36,964 nt of DNA from IMG/VR virus record IMGVR_UViG_3300048576_000564, positions 1 through 36,964 of that record, one strand, 5' to 3'. The notes beneath the pieces were generated by a model. The model made no database searches and was not told the DNA's origin. It saw only the letters and a list, made by a program, of their open reading frames with translations. The position numbers were made by a program, and so were the translations under genes. This document shows, piece by piece, positions 26,445 to 33,266 of this stretch (positions are counted from its first letter, which is position 1; each line of letters begins with the position of its first letter). The stretch comes from a virus (lineage: Duplodnaviria > Caudoviricetes).

Positions 26445-27193
26445 CACCCCTCCTTTCGCGCGGCGGCCCTGTCCGCCGTAGCCTTGGCGGAGGCGGCTTG
26501 TTTGGCCAGAGCCTTGCGCAGCATGGTGCCGAGGGTTTCGATCACCCGGTCGGCCTGGGGATCGGTGAGGTTGACGAGGCCGATCTTGCAGGGCGACTTG
26601 ATAACGCTTGCCGCGAACTCGGCAGCCGCGAAGGACGAGCGATTGCGCAGCGCGCCGAGAGCGCCCAGGCGATGCCATTGCGCCTCGATCACCCGCAGGC
26701 GGGGGCGATCGACCAGACCGGCCACCGGGCGACCGGCGCACCAACTGACGGTGACTTGATAGGGTGACCAGTCCACCCCGGCTCCGCGCGTCGCCATCGC
26801 CTTGAGGGCCTCGATCACCTTGTCCGCCTGGGCGGGCTTGAGCCACTGCAACGCCTCGACCTTCGCCTGCCGCCGCACGAACGCGGCCAGGGCGGCCTCG
26901 GTCGGGGTCTCGATCAGGCCGAGGTTGTAGAGGGTGATCCACAGCGCCCGGATTTTGCCCGCGTGCGGAGAGGTCGCCATGCGGCGTTGACCGGCCCGTT
27001 TCGCCCCAGTTGAACGGGGGTTGAAGCCTAGGCGCTTGAACTCGTCCAGCAGGGCGGACAACTGCCGATCCGACAGTGCGGCGGCGCTGCGCTGGCCGGT
27101 GATGCGCTCCATCACGTCGCGATAGGAATCCTCGTCCAGCCCCAGTTCCTTGCGGGCGATATGCACCTTGGCGAGCATCGGGTTGCGGGTCAT
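26444..27193 (-). CDS. gemA: GemA (Mu gp16 / DUF1018)
   Basis: LAKVHIA.KELGLD.D.YR...TG.RS......L..LL..FK.LGF, KIRALW, VIEALK.M. Confidence 0.88.
   Translation of the reverse strand: MTRNPMLAKVHIARKELGLDEDSYRDVMERITGQRSAAALSDRQLSALLDEFKRLGFNPRSTGAKRAGQRRMATSPHAGKIRALWITLYNLGLIETPTEAALAAFVRRQAKVEALQWLKPAQADKVIEALKAMATRGAGVDWSPYQVTVSWCAGRPVAGLVDRPRLRVIEAQWHRLGALGALRNRSSFAAAEFAASVIKSPCKIGLVNLTDPQADRVIETLGTMLRKALAKQAASAKATADRAAARKEG
26473..26496 (+). repeat. GNA-palindrome repeat, copy in gemA 3' end
   Basis: CCGCC GTA GCC TT GGC GGA GGCGG. Confidence 0.85.
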
Positions 27194-27822
27194 CGCACCA
27201 TGTCCTTCCAGATCGCGCCGACACTCTCGACGCCCTTGTGTCCGCGCTCCCAGACGTACCAAGCGTGCGGAACCGGGGTGCCGCCCTTGCGGTACTCCGG
27301 TGGAATGCCGAACAGCCAGCAGGTGGCGCGGTCGCCGCAGAGCCACGTGCGCGCAGGCGGGTTCGCCTCCCACCAGGCGCGACGGGTCTGGCTCTCTCGC
27401 CAAGCCTGGCGTTGGAAACACACCACCTTGCGCGCGCCGCACGAGAGCGCCCGATCCACGAATTGCGTGGCCAGCGAAAACGGCGGGTTCATCAGGACGG
27501 TGTTTCCGGCACACCAATGCCCGACCATCTCGCTGGTCAGGAAGTCCTGTCCGAGTGCCGAGATGCAGTCGTAACCCCAATCGTAGAGGTCTGCGGCGCG
27601 CACGTCGTAGCCGCGCGCAGCGGCGGCGCGGGAGAGGATGCCCGTGCCGCAACACGGATCGACGACGACGTGGGAGCAGATTTCGACGACATGGATCGCG
27701 GCGGCGGCCCAAGCCGGAGTTTCCCACGCCTCGGCGGCGGCGGCCTGCTCGGCGAGGCTGGCGAAGCTGCTGTGAGGCCGCACCCCGGCCAGATGGGAGG
27801 ATGGGAAGAGTTCACCGTTCAC
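27190..27822 (-). CDS. SAM-dependent DNA amino-methyltransferase (probably N6-adenine)
   Basis: ETP.W, motif I DPCCGTG, motif IV NPPF; GTG start after GAGGGAG SD. Confidence 0.85.
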   Translation of the reverse strand: MNGELFPSSHLAGVRPHSSFASLAEQAAAAEAWETPAWAAAAIHVVEICSHVVVDPCCGTGILSRAAAARGYDVRAADLYDWGYDCISALGQDFLTSEMVGHWCAGNTVLMNPPFSLATQFVDRALSCGARKVVCFQRQAWRESQTRRAWWEANPPARTWLCGDRATCWLFGIPPEYRKGGTPVPHAWYVWERGHKGVESVGAIWKDMVR

Positions 27823-27851
27823 TTGTCGTTCTCCCTCGGTTCGGCAATACT
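27823..27851 (+). promoter_or_regulatory. Putative sigma70 promoter of the nuclease gene (leaderless)
   Basis: TTGTCG-N17-AATACT-N6-ATG; no SD before the ATG. Confidence 0.55.
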
Positions 27852-27857
27852 GCGTGC

Positions 27858-28292
27858 ATGCGCACCGCCCTTGCACTCGCACTGATTGTTTTCGCCGCGC
27901 CCGCCCAGGCCGGGGAGATCATCCCCGGCCCGATCGAGGCGGTGGTGGTGCGGGTGATCGACGGCGACACGGTTGAGGTGCGCGCTTTCCCCTGGCTGGA
28001 CATGACGATCACTACGCGGGTGCGGGTGGCGGGGATCGATACCCCCGAGAAGGGCAGCCGGGCGAAGTGCGCGGCGGAAGCGGCCCTGGCAGATCGCGCC
28101 AGCGCGGCGACACGCGCCGCTTTGCCCGAGGGTGCGGTGGTGCGGCTCTCCGATGTCGAGCAGGACAAGTACGGCGGGCGCGTCGTCGCCAAGATCGCCG
28201 ACCCGCAGGGGCGCGACGTCGGCAAAGCGCTGATCAAGGCCCACCTCGCCCGCACCTACGACGGCGGTACCAAGTCCAGCTGGTGCAAATAG
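27858..28292 (+). CDS. Secreted thermonuclease (SNase-like)
   Basis: Signal peptide MRTALALALIVFAAPAQA; IDGDT, RVAGIDTPE, DKYGGR catalytic motifs; two Cys. Confidence 0.9.
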   Translation: MRTALALALIVFAAPAQAGEIIPGPIEAVVVRVIDGDTVEVRAFPWLDMTITTRVRVAGIDTPEKGSRAKCAAEAALADRASAATRAALPEGAVVRLSDVEQDKYGGRVVAKIADPQGRDVGKALIKAHLARTYDGGTKSSWCK

Positions 28293-28300
28293 GCTCATCA

Positions 28301-28633
28301 TCATCCCTCCAGGTCTGCGCGGTAGCCGGGGCGAACACGGGTTGCGGCGTCGGCCTCGGCGGCCAGTTGCCGCAAGTTGGCGGTGGTGCAAACCAATGCT
28401 TCAGCGTCGGAGGCGCCCGCCTGCGCCGTGACCACCTGCGCCGAGGCTTCGGTGGTCATGGCTTCGGCGGGTAGATCTTCGGCGCTCAAGGCTTGGTTGG
28501 CGTTGGCGAGGGCGACCAGCAAAGCCGCCCGCGCACCGTTCCGACCGCGACCCCGCACAAACCCCGCCGCCACCAGGGCCAGATCGGCCAGGACGCAACG
28601 CAGTTCGGCGGGGGACACGGCGCGGGGGGTCAT
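28301..28633 (-). CDS. Hypothetical protein containing the nested repeat
   Basis: ATGA-coupled to the upstream gene. Confidence 0.5.
   Translation of the reverse strand: MTPRAVSPAELRCVLADLALVAAGFVRGRGRNGARAALLVALANANQALSAEDLPAEAMTTEASAQVVTAQAGASDAEALVCTTANLRQLAAEADAATRVRPGYRADLEG
28416..28471 (-). repeat. Nested pair of GNA-palindrome repeats (inner unit 28431-28456)
   Basis: Minus strand CCCGCC GAA GCC ATG [ACCACC GAA GCC TC GGC GCA GGTGGT] CAC GGC GCA GGCGGG. Confidence 0.85.
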
Positions 28634-29034
28634 GCGGGGGCACCCCCGTCGATGTGCATGATGACGTCCAGCGCCGCACCGATCGGGCTGGCGGGCACGG
28701 TGGGGACGATGCGGCCATCGAGATCCTCGGGCCGGGTCGGCCCCAGCGGGATGCGCGCGATGGAGTGCGCCAGATCGGCGGCGGGGATGCCGCGTTGCAG
28801 CGCGATCGACACCACCACGGCGGCGTCGGAGGCGACGGCGTCGAAGGCGCTGCCTTCCTTCCCGCCGTTGAGAAACACCTCCAGCGGTTTGCCGGTGGTG
28901 GGGTCGATGCCGACGGTGACCGTCATCGGCAGGCCGTTGATAGTGACCTCCTCGATCAGCGAGGGCCGCCGGTTCGGCAGGCGGGTGCGCACTGCCTGCG
29001 CCAAGGCTCCGGCAGTCGGGGTGGCGTCGGTCAT
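28630..29034 (-). CDS. Stand-alone TSCPD-like domain (resembles class II RNR C-terminal domain)
   Basis: R.RLPNRR, EVF..G.K.GS...A..SD.A...S.ALQ.G.P, S.IG..LD. Confidence 0.72.
   Translation of the reverse strand: MTDATPTAGALAQAVRTRLPNRRPSLIEEVTINGLPMTVTVGIDPTTGKPLEVFLNGGKEGSAFDAVASDAAVVVSIALQRGIPAADLAHSIARIPLGPTRPEDLDGRIVPTVPASPIGAALDVIMHIDGGAPA
28991..29016 (-). repeat. GNA-palindrome repeat, copy in TSCPD-like gene 5' end
   Basis: Minus strand ACTGCC GGA GCC TT GGC GCA GGCAGT. Confidence 0.85.
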
Positions 29035-29417
29035 GACGTAACCTCGTCCCACTTGATCAGCCAGCCGCTGAACGGCAGACCGTGGGTGTTGCGGAACCAC
29101 TCGACCATTTCCGTCACCGAAGTAAAGCCGTCAGCCTGGGCGAGAGCGATGGTCTCCTCGCGGTTTAGGACCACGCCGCCGAGCCTGATGCCCGGCGAAA
29201 ACTTCGGGTTTCGGCTGATCTCGAACCTCCAGATCGAGGTGCAGATAGCGGTGCGGAGCCGTCGGCACGACTGGGTACGCATACCGGTGTAAAGGTGCAG
29301 GTCATGACCCGTGCGACAGGGCATCCGCCCATCCTTCCGCTCCGCACGGATGGTCTGACGCTTGGTCCCGTCCGCGACGGAGGCGGCAAACCGCGCCTGG
29401 AAATTGAGAGCGGTCAT
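29031..29417 (-). CDS. ASCH/PUA-like domain protein
   Basis: NF...F...V..G.K.QTIR, G..L.LYTGMR, A..DGF.....M..WF...H. Confidence 0.72.
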   Translation of the reverse strand: MTALNFQARFAASVADGTKRQTIRAERKDGRMPCRTGHDLHLYTGMRTQSCRRLRTAICTSIWRFEISRNPKFSPGIRLGGVVLNREETIALAQADGFTSVTEMVEWFRNTHGLPFSGWLIKWDEVTS

Positions 29418-29623
29418 GACGCCCCCTTTTCGCAATAATTGATGCAGCGGGGGCGATAGCTTTCATCCACCTCGCGGATATCACTACTGGCGAGGCTGAC
29501 GGGGAGCCCTTCAAGGTGCGCGACCATCGCCGCGCCCTTCTGGTGACGGGCCAGCACATAGACCGGCGCCATCCCATGCACCATCTCGACGCGATAGACG
29601 CGGGAGGGCTTGCGCTTGCTCAT
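29414..29623 (-). CDS. Hypothetical protein
   Basis: 69 aa; ATGA-coupled on both sides. Confidence 0.55.
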   Translation of the reverse strand: MSKRKPSRVYRVEMVHGMAPVYVLARHQKGAAMVAHLEGLPVSLASSDIREVDESYRPRCINYCEKGAS

Positions 29624-30183
29624 GCCGCACCGCCTTCCAGCGCGGCGCAGCAGAGTGCAATGACCCGGTCGTATTCCGCGACGCCGTCGGTATATTCCGG
29701 GTCCAGTGTTTCAGGGATCAGTTCGTATTCGGCCTTGCCGATGCGCCGAATATCCGATCCGAGTTCCGCCAGATCATTGCGGTCCTGCTTCATCCTCGAC
29801 AGCGCCGCCGCCAGAGCCACACGCATCTGTTCGGATACCCCGCCTTCCGGCTGGAGGTCGGCAACGATCAATTTTGGGGAGGGCCGCGCGTCGAAGGCGG
29901 CGCGCACCTCGTGATAGACCAGCTTGCCGATTCTCTTGCCGTCAACGTAAAGGGCCATCGCCCATTCGTCGGCGGATTCGGCGAGTTCGGCGATCAGGTC
30001 TCCGGTCTCGCCGTTCGGTGCCGCGAGTTCGTCACAGAGGTCGATCACGTCCTCGACGAGGAGCAACAACTCGGAACGCATTTCCACCACGCCGACGATA
30101 AGTGCGCCGTGCCCAGCGTTATCGATGGTCGCAGCGAGGCGGGCGTCGGAGAGGGTTTCGAGGGTCAAAAGGAAAGACATCAC
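29620..30183 (-). CDS. Hypothetical protein
   Basis: Acidic helical ORF coupled within the operon; GGAGG SD. Confidence 0.65.
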   Translation of the reverse strand: MMSFLLTLETLSDARLAATIDNAGHGALIVGVVEMRSELLLLVEDVIDLCDELAAPNGETGDLIAELAESADEWAMALYVDGKRIGKLVYHEVRAAFDARPSPKLIVADLQPEGGVSEQMRVALAAALSRMKQDRNDLAELGSDIRRIGKAEYELIPETLDPEYTDGVAEYDRVIALCCAALEGGAA

Positions 30184-30746
30184 GCGGCCTCCTCTTCGCT
30201 GGCGTCGCTGGTGGACCTGTCCGCCGAAGCCTCGGCGGAGGTGGAGGGGTCGCCCAAAATCGCCGCGACCATCCGGTCCAGGTCGCCGTCCTGCGGGATG
30301 ACGATGGCGCGGTCTCCGGCCTCGGTCACCGTGACGCCGATGCGGCGCAGGTCGGCGACGGGCAGGCCGTTCAACGCCGATTTAACCGGGGCTTCACGGG
30401 TGGCGATCAACAGGTCCGCCTGCTCCGGCAGGTGCTTTTTGATCAGGGCGATCACCTGGTCGCTGTCCTTCCAGGCGATCTTGCCGCGACCCTTCGCAAA
30501 TCCGACCTTGATGCCGAACAGGGTCAGGCTCTTGGGCTTGGCGAACAGGCCGGGGTTGGCCTCCACCGCCTCGTAAAGCGCGTCGAAGACTTCGGACACG
30601 TCCTTGGCGCGGGCGGTGATGCCCGGCAGATGCGCGGCCTTGACCGCATCGATCTCGGCCTGCGCCAGGGCGACGTCCTGCGCCAGGGCGTTGCGCGCCG
30701 CCGACAGGGTGCGGCAGAGGTTGGTGATGTCTTCCATGGTGGTCAT
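30180..30746 (-). CDS. Gam-like host-nuclease inhibitor
   Basis: Start MTTMED; coiled coil then LF.KPKS....GIKVGF.KG.G, L.RIGV.V...D; early-region position. Confidence 0.68.
   Translation of the reverse strand: MTTMEDITNLCRTLSAARNALAQDVALAQAEIDAVKAAHLPGITARAKDVSEVFDALYEAVEANPGLFAKPKSLTLFGIKVGFAKGRGKIAWKDSDQVIALIKKHLPEQADLLIATREAPVKSALNGLPVADLRRIGVTVTEAGDRAIVIPQDGDLDRMVAAILGDPSTSAEASADRSTSDASEEEAA
30220..30245 (+). repeat. GNA-palindrome repeat, copy in gam-like 3' end
   Basis: TCCGCC GAA GCC TC GGC GGA GGTGGA. Confidence 0.85.
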
Positions 30747-30748
30747 GG

Positions 30749-30847
30749 TCAGATGCCTTTCAGCGCCGCGAGGGGCGCGGTGAGGATGGAGAGGATAACG
30801 CGCAGCGCGTTGCGCAGGCGGATACGGCGTTGACGACGGGACAGCAT
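30749..30847 (-). CDS. 32-aa cationic/hydrophobic peptide
   Basis: MLSRRQRRIRLRNALRVILSILTAPLAALKGI; TGATG overlap and GGAGG SD; fills the gap exactly. Confidence 0.5.
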   Translation of the reverse strand: MLSRRQRRIRLRNALRVILSILTAPLAALKGI

Positions 30848-31191
30848 CAAGCGGCCCTCCGGTGGGTGATGGGGTGATGGCTGCCTTCGCCAAGGCTTCG
30901 GCAGCCGGGGTTGGTGGTGGATTGGTAGCGCGCCTGCCCGCCGGAGCCTCGGCGCAGGCGGGAGGCGGCGACCCGCACCGCGAGCAGGGCGTCCGCCCAC
31001 TCGGGGTAGCGTTCGGCGGGCCAGGCCATGCCGAGCGCGTGGATCACATCCAGCGGGTCGATCCCGTGGGCGGCGGCCCACAGGCAGTGCTCGACATCGA
31101 TGCCGATTTCCGGCGTGGTGATCGGGGTGACGGCTGCCTGCGCCAAGGCTTCGGCAGCCGGGGCGGGCGGATTGGTGCGATAGGCGATCAT
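30847..31191 (-). CDS. Hypothetical protein carrying three repeat copies
   Basis: ATGA-coupled ORF. Confidence 0.5.
   Translation of the reverse strand: MIAYRTNPPAPAAEALAQAAVTPITTPEIGIDVEHCLWAAAHGIDPLDVIHALGMAWPAERYPEWADALLAVRVAASRLRRGSGGQARYQSTTNPGCRSLGEGSHHPITHRRAA
30879..30906 (-). repeat. GNA-palindrome repeat
   Basis: Minus strand GGCTGCC GAA GCC TT GGC GAA GGCAGCC. Confidence 0.85.
30937..30962 (+). repeat. GNA-palindrome repeat
   Basis: CCCGCC GGA GCC TC GGC GCA GGCGGG. Confidence 0.85.
31131..31160 (-). repeat. GNA-palindrome repeat
   Basis: Minus strand CGGCTGCC GAA GCC TT GGC GCA GGCAGCCG. Confidence 0.85.
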
Positions 31192-31487
31192 GCCGCACCG
31201 CCCGGACCCTGGTCCGTGGGGGTGTAGGGCCGGGTTCCGTAGACCGGTATCCAGTCGCGGGTGCCGTGCGGTTTCCCCAGCCGGTCCATGATCGAGGTGA
31301 CGTTACCGGGCAAGGCGGAGGTATCGACGCGCGGTTCGGCGGCGGCGGCCTCCAACTTGCGGGCGTCCTCGGTGGCGCGACGCAGGATGACGCACACGGC
31401 GATGACACCCTGCGGGGTCAGCGTCGCCCCGGTCTCCCGGTACTGGCCGAGGTTGTCCGCCAGAGACTTGATATCGTCACTGAGCAT
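31188..31487 (-). CDS. Hypothetical protein
   Basis: AAGGAGG SD; overlaps both neighbours. Confidence 0.65.
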   Translation of the reverse strand: MLSDDIKSLADNLGQYRETGATLTPQGVIAVCVILRRATEDARKLEAAAAEPRVDTSALPGNVTSIMDRLGKPHGTRDWIPVYGTRPYTPTDQGPGGAA

Positions 31488-31872
31488 GATCGCCTCCTTT
31501 CAGGCGGCTGTGTTCGCACCCGGCGCGGCAGGCGCGGTAGATGCGGATTCGCTGGCTGTTGGTGGTGGCGAAGGGCTGGGCCTGGTTGTGCAGGCAGACC
31601 AGCTTGGTGATCTCGCCCAGCACCGGGCAGATCACCGTTTCCCGCATGATTCCGCCCCGAACTGCGGTCTCCACCTTGTCCATGTCGCCGCGATAGGCGT
31701 TCTTCAGGACGTTGCAGACCACCGCCACCGAATAGCCGATGGCCTGCGCCGCCGCCCGCTGGGAGCCGCGACGGTCGGTGTATTCGGCCAGTTCCCGCAC
31801 CCACTCGGGCATGGCCTCGCCCCAGGCGGCGCGGGCGGCGGCGACAGAGGAGGATCGATCCTTAAGCGTCAT
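31477..31872 (-). CDS. HTH DNA-binding protein with Cys cluster
   Basis: SQRAAA..IGYS...V..VL...Y.GD HTH; CPVLGEI...C...C..C. Confidence 0.75.
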   Translation of the reverse strand: MTLKDRSSSVAAARAAWGEAMPEWVRELAEYTDRRGSQRAAAQAIGYSVAVVCNVLKNAYRGDMDKVETAVRGGIMRETVICPVLGEITKLVCLHNQAQPFATTNSQRIRIYRACRAGCEHSRLKGGDHAQ

Positions 31873-32455
31873 GGTCTTCCTCCCACATCACCTTGCCGAG
31901 GTTGGGGTCGAAGACGCGCTTCACCTTTTGGATCTGCGGTGCCTTCGGTCCGGTGTTTTTGCTGGTAATCAAGCGGTACTGCCGCTGGTCGTCGCGCGAG
32001 GCTCCCCGCGCGATGACCAGATACCCCGCGCGCCACAGATGCTTGGCGTAGGAGGAGGCGGTTTCCGCGCTCACCTGCGCCTCCTCCGTCGATGCAGCGA
32101 GGGCCAAGTCGCGGGAGTTGAACGACTTCAGCATCTTCATGCTGCGCCACATCTGCGCGTTGCCCAGGCCCTTTGCCACCGGGCGTCCGTCGCGGGTAAA
32201 ACGCGGCGTTTCGCGGGAATCGACGACGACCGAATACAACACCTGGCCGGTGTCGCCGTTCACCCCGGTGGACATCACCACGCCGCCAGCGACCAGACGC
32301 TTGACGTAGTCCATCACCGTCGCGCGAGAGAGATTGCTGGCGTATTCCACCTGCTTCACCGTCCAGGCGCCGAGAGGATCGAGACGGCGGATTTCCGCCC
32401 AGGCCGCATCCTGCCCGGTCAGCTTCGGCCCACGAGTCAGCGGCTTGCGCCCCAT
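31862..32455 (-). CDS. Tandem winged-helix DNA-binding protein
   Basis: Start MGRKP (TGATG overlap with MuB); two wHTH-like repeats (TV.DY..RL..GG; TA.SY..HL..AGYL), TGP.AP. Confidence 0.72.
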   Translation of the reverse strand: MGRKPLTRGPKLTGQDAAWAEIRRLDPLGAWTVKQVEYASNLSRATVMDYVKRLVAGGVVMSTGVNGDTGQVLYSVVVDSRETPRFTRDGRPVAKGLGNAQMWRSMKMLKSFNSRDLALAASTEEAQVSAETASSYAKHLWRAGYLVIARGASRDDQRQYRLITSKNTGPKAPQIQKVKRVFDPNLGKVMWEEDHDA

Positions 32456-33201
32456 CAGCCGATCCTCCGGCTGGCGGGCGGCGCGCCGGTAAACAGCGGG
32501 CGGTTGCCCCATCCCTGCAGATCGATCGACGGCAGCCCCTCCACCGCCACCGCCTCGCGGACCTGATCCAGGTTGACGCACACGCGGCGCACCCGACCGT
32601 GGGAAAGGTCGAGGATGCGCTGCAACAGGTCATCGGCGATTTCCATCTGCGGGCACCAGAGCCGCGCCAGTTGGCGGACGTCGGACAGATCGCAGGGTTG
32701 CGCCGGACACTGATCGAGGATGCGGTTGTGGAACCGTTCCGACAGGGAGGAGAGGCGCGACGGCATCAGTTCCTCACCGATCAGGATGATCGGAGCCGCC
32801 GCCTTGTCGTGGATCTCGCGCACCGTCTCGATGTAGTTGCGCTTGATGACGTGGTCGAATTCGTCAACGATCAGCGGTCGGTTGTCGATGGCCAGCGCCT
32901 CGATGATGCGATCCACCAGGTCGGGGATGTTGCCGTTGGTCGGCAGGCCGATCTCGACCAGGATCGCCTGGAGAAACCGCTTCTTCGTCCAGCTTTCCCC
33001 CACCTCGACGTAATAGGCTTGATAGCGGTGCGCGCCATAGGTGGCCGAGAAGGTCTTGCCGAAGCCCGAAGGACCGTAGAACGTCGCCATGCCCGGCAGA
33101 TGTTCGGGACGGTTCATCACTCGCTCCAAGAGCGAGGTAAACCGGGCGACATTGCCAAGTGGGGCGATGGTTCCGTTGATTTTCGTCTTGGCGTTTGCCA
33201 T
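32455..33201 (-). CDS. MuB-like AAA+ transposition ATPase
   Basis: Walker A GPSGFGKT, Walker B LIVDE, ILIGEE, ERFHNR; follows transposase. Confidence 0.9.
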   Translation of the reverse strand: MANAKTKINGTIAPLGNVARFTSLLERVMNRPEHLPGMATFYGPSGFGKTFSATYGAHRYQAYYVEVGESWTKKRFLQAILVEIGLPTNGNIPDLVDRIIEALAIDNRPLIVDEFDHVIKRNYIETVREIHDKAAAPIILIGEELMPSRLSSLSERFHNRILDQCPAQPCDLSDVRQLARLWCPQMEIADDLLQRILDLSHGRVRRVCVNLDQVREAVAVEGLPSIDLQGWGNRPLFTGAPPASRRIG

Positions 33202-33266
33202 TATGCCAATTCCTCTTGCACGTTGTTTTCGAAGGTCCGGCGCGGCAACGCCGGGCCTTCACCGTT

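Noticed and set aside
27190-28292. MTase plus nuclease as a restriction-modification pair
   Set aside because: The nuclease has an export signal and belongs to the non-specific SNase family, so methylation would not be its cognate protection
26473-31160. Repeats as a CRISPR array or as terminators
   Set aside because: Irregular spacing, both orientations, inside ORFs, no U tracts and no cas genes
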